Shown in pieces: positions 24,788 to 32,000 of a stretch of DNA of 32,000 nt. Every line of letters begins with the position of its first letter. Position 1 is the stretch's first letter. Source of the stretch: Candidatus Kuenenia stuttgartensis (GTDB lineage: Bacteria > Planctomycetota > Brocadiia > Brocadiales > Brocadiaceae); the NCBI RefSeq assembly GCF_900232105.1, contig NZ_LT934425.1, positions 1,890,001 to 1,922,000 on the forward strand, given 5' to 3'. Position numbers and translations under genes: made by a program. The notes under the pieces were generated by a model that saw only the letters and a program-made list of their open reading frames with translations, was not told the origin of the DNA and searched no databases.

Positions 24788-26491
24788 TATAGTATTACCC
24801 TGTAAAAACTTCTTTTTTTGTAAGTTTTCCTTCGTGTTCTTTGTACTACTATCCATCAATTTCTTGTTTTTTATGCGTGTTTTTCATGCCGCCATTTCCG
24901 TAAGTGCTTTAATATCAAGGGCTGAAGCGGTCATCAGTGAACAAGAGAACTTCTGGCCTTTCTCCGTCAAAACATAGCGGTTGGCCCTCGGAACTTTGCG
25001 GATTAGACCGTGTGCCCGCAGCATCTTTATCCGTCGGGTCGTTCGTCCGGAATATTTCTTTTGCTGATCCTTGCCGGATTGTTCGGATTCCCGGTAAAGC
25101 CACTTACGCAAATCATGGTTGCGGAATCCATTTATCGCGTTTTCGCCTTTGGACAGGAACATCAGCATCTGGTAATCATCCTGCTGCCAGGGATTCAAAC
25201 CTCGATACCTCTTGCCCTCTTTGACAACCTTGTTACAAGCGCTGCTCACCACTTCTTTCAGTTTCTCCTCTACCTGAGCCGCCGCCAAAGCATCCCCATA
25301 ACGATCATTGCATTGTTGGCTCACCTCACACCGTCGATGAAGATCGCTTACGCCCTTACGCATCTTCTGCCATGACGCCGGTTTGCCTTCATCATCATTG
25401 GGACTCCGAAAGACCTTAAAGTCCCGCGTATTATTGATCGTTGTCTCAATACGCAAGAGACTACCGCTCTTGTTATACATCTTCACTGAATTATAATTCA
25501 CACTGTGCTTGACCCGTATACCTTCATAGCGTCTTCGATAGTCGCTGATAACCTCATCAGGGGCAGCGCCTGCAAGGTTACGCCTACCCAAATACTTCAT
25601 CACCGAAGAACTGTCGCAAACCCGCATCGCATGATGAACAAACGATGGAAACAACTCCTCCAATGCCTCAACCGATTTAAACATGATGTCCGTCGCCCAC
25701 TCCGTCTCATCCGCAGACCAGTAATACTCCGGTTCCAACGGACGAAGAATCTGCGACAATGCCGGGCAACTGCCCAACGCAAGCCCGTTCAGCAGCTTCG
25801 CCCAGTCAGTCTTAAGCTGCTCATGGAGCAGAACCTGCGCAGCCGCAATATCCTCTATACGCACAAAACAGTTGCCGTCCTTAACATAATCAATACCTTG
25901 CTTCTGAAGTTGCCGCTCCAGCCAATGACGACCATTGAGACAAATGAAAATATTAAACGGCGCCCAACTCTGGATACGAACATGACCAAAACCAAACACT
26001 GGATCGTTAAAATAATGATACACAAAGACACACTTGCGGGGCGCCATTACCAACTCGAGCTTCTTGCTGGCCTTGTTGCCCTTGACCATCGGCGCAATAC
26101 AAGGCTCTACCACACTCAACAGGCAGATGGAACCTTCCGTAATCCTCTTATCCGCCGCGATCTGGCGAGCCAACTTCTCCTTATCAACACCGCTGCTCAT
26201 CAAATACCGCACCTCGATACCCAAATCTTTCGCCCGCGATTCACAACTGTCTCGCACCTGTGCCGTAAGCCCATTGACCCAACCGGAAAAATCCTTAAGC
26301 AGAATTCTCGCTTGGTTCATGAATGTTCCCATCCCACGCTCACTGGCCAACCACCGCAATGTCCCGCGAAAACGAATCCTGTCCAGACCGCTTATTGCAC
26401 CCACGATCCTGTCTCGATATAATTCCATCAACTTATTCATAAGTAGTGTCCTCCAAATTGTCTGATTACTATTTACGAGGATACTACTATA
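24788..26491 (-). mobile_element. Tentative IS-like single-gene insert (about 1.7 kb) bounded by imperfect ~20-bp inverted repeats
   Basis: tatagtattaccctgtaaaa (24788-24807) compared with the reverse complement of 26471-26491, tatagtagtatcctcgtaaat (about 17/21 with one gap). Codon usage differs from the neighbouring genes. I found no target-site duplication. Confidence 0.3.
24884..26440 (-). CDS. Conserved-looking hypothetical protein (518 aa) with C-terminal winged-helix-like tail; possible novel transposase or mobile-element protein
   Basis: Long uninterrupted ORF. The C-terminus RTTRRIKMLRAHGLIRKVPRANRYVLTEKG is wHTH-like. I recognise no catalytic motif. Lys codons run AAG:AAA about 15:2 in the first ~290 codons, whereas neighbouring genes are AAA-dominant. 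Confidence 0.7.
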   Translation of the reverse strand: MNKLMELYRDRIVGAISGLDRIRFRGTLRWLASERGMGTFMNQARILLKDFSGWVNGLTAQVRDSCESRAKDLGIEVRYLMSSGVDKEKLARQIAADKRITEGSICLLSVVEPCIAPMVKGNKASKKLELVMAPRKCVFVYHYFNDPVFGFGHVRIQSWAPFNIFICLNGRHWLERQLQKQGIDYVKDGNCFVRIEDIAAAQVLLHEQLKTDWAKLLNGLALGSCPALSQILRPLEPEYYWSADETEWATDIMFKSVEALEELFPSFVHHAMRVCDSSSVMKYLGRRNLAGAAPDEVISDYRRRYEGIRVKHSVNYNSVKMYNKSGSLLRIETTINNTRDFKVFRSPNDDEGKPASWQKMRKGVSDLHRRCEVSQQCNDRYGDALAAAQVEEKLKEVVSSACNKVVKEGKRYRGLNPWQQDDYQMLMFLSKGENAINGFRNHDLRKWLYRESEQSGKDQQKKYSGRTTRRIKMLRAHGLIRKVPRANRYVLTEKGQKFSCSLMTASALDIKALTEMAA

Positions 26492-26647
26492 CTTTATAAT
26501 AAACTAAAAATCACCTTTTTGGTTGCGGCCAAAGGCCGCGCTAGGCCCTTTGTGGTTAAAGGACAGACGCACGGCCGGTGCGTCTCTACATTTTGGTTGC
26601 GGCTTTGCTGCGATATGAAATAAAATGCATGAAAAGAGGGAGTATGA

Positions 26648-27262
26648 TTGAAAGGTATTGAAAAACCGATTACACCTGAAGATACAGAAAATGGCAATCC
26701 GATGAAACAGCAGGGCGAGATGAAACATTCCGGGAAAAAGGGTACAGAACAAACCACCATTACAGAAATGCTTGCATCCCACAACGTTTTATTGGAAGAA
26801 GTGAAATCACTGATTGAAACCCGCCTGTCTTACGACGAAACAAAAGAAAAGACCATTGAGAAACTCCACGAAGAACTGAAACTCTATCGTGACAATTTCA
26901 TTTCCCAGTCGCAAAAACCTATTTTCATTGACCTGATTATGCTTTATGATGATTTCATGCAGGTACTCTCGGTTTTCGAAGAGAAGCAGGATATGACAAA
27001 GGATGATATTGCAGCAATGAGGCATAATATGCATACGATAAAGGAAGGGCTTCTGGAAATTCTGTATCGTAGAGAGGTAACACTGTATCACAAACATCCG
27101 GATTTTCTTGATTATAAACTTCACAAAACGATAGGTACGGTACCAACCAGCATAGAAAGCGAAAATAACCAGGTGGCGAAGATTGTAAAACCGGGTTTTT
27201 GCTGGAACGGCAAGACGCTAAGGCCTGAGGAAGTAATAATAAAGAAATATCGTAAAGAATGA
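26648..27262 (+). CDS. Divergent GrpE-like nucleotide exchange factor
   Basis: 204 aa. TTG start with AGAGGGAG 5 nt upstream; an alternative ATG lies at 26702. LHEELKLYRDNF...PIFIDLIMLYDDFMQVL fits the GrpE helical region. The ending VAKIVKPGFCWNGKTLRPEEVIIKK fits the GrpE beta-domain ending. Confidence 0.65.
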   Translation: MKGIEKPITPEDTENGNPMKQQGEMKHSGKKGTEQTTITEMLASHNVLLEEVKSLIETRLSYDETKEKTIEKLHEELKLYRDNFISQSQKPIFIDLIMLYDDFMQVLSVFEEKQDMTKDDIAAMRHNMHTIKEGLLEILYRREVTLYHKHPDFLDYKLHKTIGTVPTSIESENNQVAKIVKPGFCWNGKTLRPEEVIIKKYRKE

Positions 27263-27360
27263 TGCAGCGTACGGCACGCATCTTTGCCGGTGGAAAGTAC
27301 CCGTGTCGGTTTTTCTGAAAAACGATGCTCTGGAAAAAACAAAAACAGGAGAAGAGAACT

Positions 27361-28962
27361 ATGTCGCCTAAAAAAACAACCGTAGTGGGAATTGATCTGG
27401 GCACTACTTTTTCAGCCATTGCGCACATTAATGAGGACACCGGCAAAGCAGAGATTATTCCCAGTCCCGAACAAGACCGTATCACGCCTTCTGTGGTCCT
27501 TATTGAAAAGGTGAATGATATTATTGTAGGAGAAATAGCAAAACAGAATGCTGTAGCGGAACCAAACAAGGTCGTTGAGTTTGTAAAAAGACAAATGGGA
27601 AAACCAAAAGAAGATAAAAAGGATGAGCAGGGGAATATACTGGTAAAGGGCTGGTGTTTTGAGCATGAGGGGAAAAAGTACAGCGCCCAGGAAATTTCGG
27701 CGTTTATCCTGAAAAAACTGAAAAATGACGCCGAAGAGCGGCTGGGAACAATGATAACAGATGCGGTAATTACATGTCCGGCCTATTTTGGGGATCCCGA
27801 GAGGGCTGCAACCAAAGAGGCTGGCGTCATTGCGGGATTTAACGTGTTGGCGGTAATTGACGAACCGGTGGCCGCCGCGCTTTCTTATGGACTCGATAAA
27901 CTCAAACAGGATCAAAATGTCTTTGTCTTTGACCTTGGCGGTGGAACATTTGACGTGGTTATCCTTGAAATCAAAGGCGGAAAAATACGGGAGGTGGTGG
28001 TTAATGGCGACCACTTGCTTGGTGGCAAGGACTGGGATGATGAAATCATCCGGTATGCATCAAAGATTTTTAAGGAAAAATACGGAACATACCCGCTGGA
28101 TGATCTTTCAGCGTATCAGGATTTGCAATTACGCGCAATTAAGGCAAAAGAAGAACTCACAAAACGCGAAAAGACAAAGATTATGTGCGTGCACGCGGGA
28201 AATACCCTCCTGGTAGAATTGACCAGAGATACGTTTGAAGAAATTACAAAATATCTCATTGACCGTTGCAAGGTATTATGCGGAATAGCGCTGAGCGATG
28301 CAAACATGACGTGGCAAGACGTCGGGGCGGTTCTCCTGGTGGGCGGTTCTACAAGAATGCCCATGATAAGGAATATGATTGCAGAAATAAGCGGAAAAAC
28401 GCCCAGCGATGAACTAAACCCTGATGAATGCGTAGCCCTTGGCGCTGCCTGGCACGCCGCAATGTTAAGTATTTCCAGCGGCGATATGCCCGTTGAAGTG
28501 GTGAAGAGGCTCGCCGGAGTGGAAGTGCAAAAAGTCGCTTCACATAATCTGGGCATCATCGCATTGGACGGAGATGGGAATGAGCGGAATTTTCTAATGA
28601 TACCAAGGTTTACTCCCCTGCCGTTTGAAAAAAAGGATATTTTTAAAACACTCACCGACAACCAGACTTCCATTCTTCTGCGGATTATGGAAGGCGGAAT
28701 TATGGGAGAAAACGATACATGCGACCCCCTGGACTGCAATATGATCGCGCAAGGTTCGATACGGGATATCCCCCCTTCACCAAAAGGCAGCCCCATCGAG
28801 GTGGCCTATAAATACAATGATATTGGAATACTGGAGGTGCACGGTATTCATCTCCCATCAGGAAAAGAGGTAGTTATAACAGTGGAGCATACCGGCGGTC
28901 TGACTGCCCAGGAAATAAAAGCTGCAACTATGAACATTGAAAAAGCCTCAATAACAAGTTAA
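27361..28962 (+). CDS. Hsp70-family ATPase lacking the C-terminal helical lid (HscC-like size)
   Basis: ATG at 27361 with AGGAG upstream; 533 aa. Motifs: VVGIDLGTTFS, DAVITCPAYF, IDEPVAAALSYG, FDLGGGTFDV, GDHLLGGKDWD, LLVGGSTRMP, NPDECVALGAA. A beta-sandwich SBD follows and the protein ends there. Confidence 0.9.
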   Translation: MSPKKTTVVGIDLGTTFSAIAHINEDTGKAEIIPSPEQDRITPSVVLIEKVNDIIVGEIAKQNAVAEPNKVVEFVKRQMGKPKEDKKDEQGNILVKGWCFEHEGKKYSAQEISAFILKKLKNDAEERLGTMITDAVITCPAYFGDPERAATKEAGVIAGFNVLAVIDEPVAAALSYGLDKLKQDQNVFVFDLGGGTFDVVILEIKGGKIREVVVNGDHLLGGKDWDDEIIRYASKIFKEKYGTYPLDDLSAYQDLQLRAIKAKEELTKREKTKIMCVHAGNTLLVELTRDTFEEITKYLIDRCKVLCGIALSDANMTWQDVGAVLLVGGSTRMPMIRNMIAEISGKTPSDELNPDECVALGAAWHAAMLSISSGDMPVEVVKRLAGVEVQKVASHNLGIIALDGDGNERNFLMIPRFTPLPFEKKDIFKTLTDNQTSILLRIMEGGIMGENDTCDPLDCNMIAQGSIRDIPPSPKGSPIEVAYKYNDIGILEVHGIHLPSGKEVVITVEHTGGLTAQEIKAATMNIEKASITS

Positions 28963-29130
28963 CACCGATGCACCTAACTTCTCAATAAGTTGAGGTAGAC
29001 AACCCACTCGCTTCCTTTGTTAATGGTAAATTACGCAAGATTAACCCTGCGTTGGGTGCATTCCCGATTTTTTGTATATTTTCACATATTTTGTTTTTTT
29101 ACAAAGAATTGTAATACTTTAGTCCTATGA

Positions 29131-29558
29131 AAAAAACCGCTCGTTCCCAAGCTCCGGCTTGGGAACGGGATTGTTTGAGAAGCTCCAGCTTCGAATGGAA
29201 AAGGGAATGAACCCATTATGTTAGCTTGGAGGCTTTTCAGTATGTTACCCAAGATATTTGGAAACCTCTTTTGAATCGAATAATACACGAAGCTTCGCTT
29301 ACCGGCTAAATGGAAGCTAGAGCTTCCAACGCAATTACGTTCCCAAGCCGGACAGACTGGGTCAAATGAACTTTGTTGTCTCAAAAGTGGGGGCAACTCC
29401 TCGCATTATGCCTGTTTTAGACCCTATTTAGTGCTGTTTTACCATTAAAGTGGAGAATGCCTGTCGTAAAATAGGATAAAATTGTTCATTTGACCCAGTC
29501 TGCGGAGCTTGGGAACGAGCATTTTTGTTTTTCAAAAATCTAAACTGTTACAAAAAAT
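29131..29558. repeat. Nest of MITE-like repeats: core 178-bp element 29339-29516 with 33-bp terminal inverted repeats, plus an abutted-ends mini-palindrome at 29144-29167
   Basis: Left TIR gttcccaagccggacagactgggtcaaatgaac (29339-29371). The right TIR (29484-29516) has reverse complement gttcccaagctccgcagactgggtcaaatgaac, differing only in a 4-nt block. gttcccaagc-tccg-gcttgggaac lies at 29144-29167. The flank 29517-29558 is also shared with 6385-6427. Confidence 0.7.
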
Positions 29559-29648
29559 CAGGAATGCTCCTCCCTGCGTTTATGCGGTTGATTTCGTGGT
29601 TGTTTGTCCATTTAAAACAGAACTTTTCAACAAACAGAAAAACAAGCC

Positions 29649-31253
29649 ATGGCTACGTCGTTTGATCCTGATAAATATTTCCACAACAATGAATGGAAAA
29701 GCGCCATCGACCCTTCTAAAAACCACTATGAACGTTTGGGATTAAGGTTCGGCGAAAATTATTCCGCCCAAAATATAACAAAATCTTTTCAGCAAAGATA
29801 TGACTGGTGGCGCGAAGCGAACAAACGATACAACACAAACCCCGCCAACACGAAAACAAAAGAAACAGGGCCCGCCTCTGCCGAAGCAATGGGAAAACTG
29901 CAGGAGGCGTATGTAGTATTGACCAATCCTTCAAAAAAATCAGCATACGACAAACAACTCTCAACCGACAGCGGTAAAAAGGCAGGAGAAGAATTTAAAA
30001 AAATGATTCATATTGTTGCAAGCGACAACGCGCTCACGCAGGAGGGGAAAAAGATACTTCTTAATTACGCTGATACCCTGGGACTTAGCCAGGCAACAGC
30101 TTCCGATATGATAACAACAGAAACAGACAAGATGGGGGTGAGGCAACATCAACCATCTTCTCATTCAAGGCCAATTATTGTCGTCAGACAGTCCGGCACT
30201 TCTCAACAACCTGAGCTCCCAAACTATTATGCTCTTTTGGAAATAGACGCAACTGCCGGAGAGCATGAAATTCTGGAAGCATATAAAAGAAAAGTGTCTC
30301 TTTGGGAAAGCCTGAGTTCAAACCCAAAATTCAGGGACTTTGCCCTGCGAAGAATAGGTACCTTGCGGGAGGCCGTTGATATACTCCTCAATCATGACCG
30401 GCGAAGGAGATATGACTATGAATTATTTGGCAAAGGGAAAAAACCTGTCCGGAAAGCCTCGCAAGGAAAAAACAAAACCATAACGGCTGTCCTTGGCGGT
30501 GTAGCAATGGTAACTGTGGCGGCAATGATTGCCGTTGTTTTAAACAAGGGCAAGAATTTTCCTCCGGCAATAGTTGCCCCCGAGCCGTATATTTCCAAAA
30601 ACAAGGACATGCATGATGTTTTGGTGCAGGAAGATGTATCTCCATTTTATAAGGGGTGGCTGGGCGCAACAATCCAGGAGATTGACCCTGCACTGGCGGA
30701 GGCTTTTGGTGTTGACATTACAGAAGGAGTCATTGTGACGGAGGCACTGGGTAACTCTCCCGCGGAATCCGCAGGACTCCGGAGCGGTGATATCATTGTT
30801 GAGTTTGACGGGACGAAGTTGCGGCACGCAAATCACCTGAATTTCATGGTGGAACAAACAGGAGCAGGGAAGCATGTTGCGATGAGAATCATACGAGACC
30901 GCAAAGAAATGGAGCTAAATGTGATTCTTGGCGAACGACCAACTGTACTCTATTCTGCTACGTCACCGGAAACGATACCTCCCGAAAAGAACATTGGCAT
31001 AATGGTACAAAACGTATCCGAAAATGAAAACGGGGGTGAGGGGGTATTGGTTATTGATGTGCAACCGGAAAGCGCGGCTGCAAAATATAATATAGAAAAA
31101 GGTGATATCATTACGGAAATAAATAGAAATAAAATTTCAAATGTCGCTGAATTTATAAGGGCATTGATCTCTGCTGATGCCGATGAAAAAATACTCCTGC
31201 ATATAAAGAAAAGCGATATTTCGCTTTATCTTACCATCGATCCTGCGGAATAA
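29649..31253 (+). CDS. Membrane protein: two HPD-less J-like domains + TerB/DjlA-like segment (cytoplasmic), one TM helix, two HtrA-type PDZ domains (periplasmic)
   Basis: 534 aa. J-like 1: HYERLGL...ITKSFQQRY...KLQEAYVVLTNPSKKSAYDKQL, with NTNP where HPD is expected. J-like 2: NYYALLEID...ILEAYKRKV...LREAVDILLNHDRRRRYDYELF, with SSNP. TM helix TITAVLGGVAMVTVAAMIAVVL (aa 277-298) preceded by a K/R-rich stretch. PDZ1: GWLGATIQEIDPALAEAFGV...GVIVTEALGNSPAESAGLRSGDIIVEFDG. PDZ2: GVLVIDVQPESAAAKYNIEKGDIITEINRNKI. Confidence 0.8.
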   Translation: MATSFDPDKYFHNNEWKSAIDPSKNHYERLGLRFGENYSAQNITKSFQQRYDWWREANKRYNTNPANTKTKETGPASAEAMGKLQEAYVVLTNPSKKSAYDKQLSTDSGKKAGEEFKKMIHIVASDNALTQEGKKILLNYADTLGLSQATASDMITTETDKMGVRQHQPSSHSRPIIVVRQSGTSQQPELPNYYALLEIDATAGEHEILEAYKRKVSLWESLSSNPKFRDFALRRIGTLREAVDILLNHDRRRRYDYELFGKGKKPVRKASQGKNKTITAVLGGVAMVTVAAMIAVVLNKGKNFPPAIVAPEPYISKNKDMHDVLVQEDVSPFYKGWLGATIQEIDPALAEAFGVDITEGVIVTEALGNSPAESAGLRSGDIIVEFDGTKLRHANHLNFMVEQTGAGKHVAMRIIRDRKEMELNVILGERPTVLYSATSPETIPPEKNIGIMVQNVSENENGGEGVLVIDVQPESAAAKYNIEKGDIITEINRNKISNVAEFIRALISADADEKILLHIKKSDISLYLTIDPAE

Positions 31254-31794
31254 TAGTATAAGGAGGATAAGAAAATTTCACAATTCTAAATTCCTACGCT
31301 GGTATATGCTCAATCAGGTTGAAACCACGGGTTTCAGCTTCCGGAAATTATCATTAATTCTGTCTGTCAAATCAGGTAAGATAGTATTTCAAGTTGAACT
31401 AAAAACTTACGGATTTTAGCTTTGAACCCAGTAAATGAATCGAATACCTTTGCTTTTGCCGAAAAGGAGTACAACGCTTGCCAGGCACGGCTCGATATCT
31501 TTTGTACCCAGAAAAGAGTGGTGTTTTAAAGCAACACAATCTTTTCTGCGATTGCCTATGTGTTCGCAAACAGGAATTGCCGGATAACGCCCCGGTTTTT
31601 CGGGTAATACGTTTTTATTTTCCATAAATAAGTCCTTTTTAAAAAAAATGGTTGTTGTTTTCGTTCCGCTTTCAGTATCATTATTGTCTCATAAGCTTCC
31701 TGTTTTTGGTATTTGAAACTCAAGCCAGAGGCCTGCGTTACTTTGCAAGATATTTCTGAATTATAGTCAAACAAATAAGGTTTTCGAAAAATTT

Positions 31795-31867
31795 ACACCC
31801 CCCCGGCCCCTCTTTTTAGAGGGGAGATGAGAAGTCCCCTCTATCAAGAGGGGATTTAGGGGTGTGT
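31795..31867. repeat. Structured GC-rich element: two tandem cccctc/gagggg hairpins enclosed by an acacccc/ggggtgt outer stem
   Basis: acaccccccggcccctc-ttttta-gaggggagatgagaagtcccctc-tatcaa-gaggggatttaggggtgtgt. Confidence 0.5.
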
Positions 31868-32000
31868 TTGATAGTATGCTTAGTCAAATAAATCTATTTT
31901 TCAGAAAGCCATTTTATCGCCAAATTTCTAAAATCATATTTATTTGGCTATAACTCAATAACCATGAAAAAAGAATTTGTTCTCAATACTAACACTTTGG

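Noticed and set aside
25505-26422. 305-aa plus-strand ORF, plus several smaller ones, overlapping the 518-aa minus-strand gene
   Set aside because: It is antisense to a much longer ORF. Its sequence is low-complexity and rich in R/P/L/T/Q. The G-ending codon bias of the sense gene explains it, since that bias removes stop codons from the antisense frame.
24884-26440. Claim that the 518-aa gene is a clear GC-content island
   Set aside because: My spot counts gave 52% and 44% GC in two samples, against 47% in two samples from other genes. Only the flanks (32%) differ clearly. The codon-choice difference is real, but bulk GC is not demonstrably anomalous without computation.
26955-28796. Minus-strand ORFs of 200-226 aa overlapping the GrpE-like and Hsp70 genes
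   Set aside because: They are antisense to an unmistakable Hsp70 with all signature motifs, and they have no features of their own.
31416-31774. Two overlapping small minus-strand ORFs (72 and 69 aa) near a T5A8 homopolymer run; possible frameshifted toxin-like gene
   Set aside because: I cannot recognise any family in either frame, and no clear fusion frame emerges. I left them unannotated pending a database search.
31964-32000. ATG at 31964 (MKKEFVLNTNTL...) running off the right edge
   Set aside because: Only 12 codons are visible, which is too short to support a gene call.

Overview
32-kb bacterial chromosomal window that leans AT. My spot counts give about 42-52% GC inside genes and about 32% in one spacer. 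It holds roughly 24 protein-coding genes and many intergenic repeats. I saw no rRNA, tRNA or CRISPR array. The gene content (hopanoid hpnN/K/I/J, an OmcB-like DUF11 pair, DUF1566) suggests a PVC/Planctomycetota-type organism, possibly anammox, but that is a guess. Left to right: a partial BadF/GlcNAc-kinase-like ATPase (-); an AlaA-like aminotransferase; two tandem paralogous DUF11 surface proteins; a DUF1566 protein bracketed by palindromic hairpins and a MITE-like repeat; a hopanoid side-chain cluster (hpnN | hpnK + small DMT membrane protein | hpnI | hpnJ); a decayed defence/TA islet (hicB-like stub, HNH endonuclease with an in-frame TAA, orphan 167-aa ORF); an archaeal-type Rnl3/Pab1020-like RNA ligase divergent from a TrkA-N/DHH/DHHA1 phosphoesterase; an exported lipoprotein with eight 19-aa CxxC-x7-HxC repeats; a double zinc-ribbon protein; proC-tkt; and a single-gene insert with foreign codon usage and imperfect inverted repeats (518-aa orphan). 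The most system-like feature is a trio of a GrpE-like protein, a lidless Hsp70, and a membrane protein carrying two HPD-less J-like domains, one TM helix and two periplasmic PDZ domains; a nest of MITE-like repeats splits this trio. All functional calls rest on motifs read by eye. No database search was possible.
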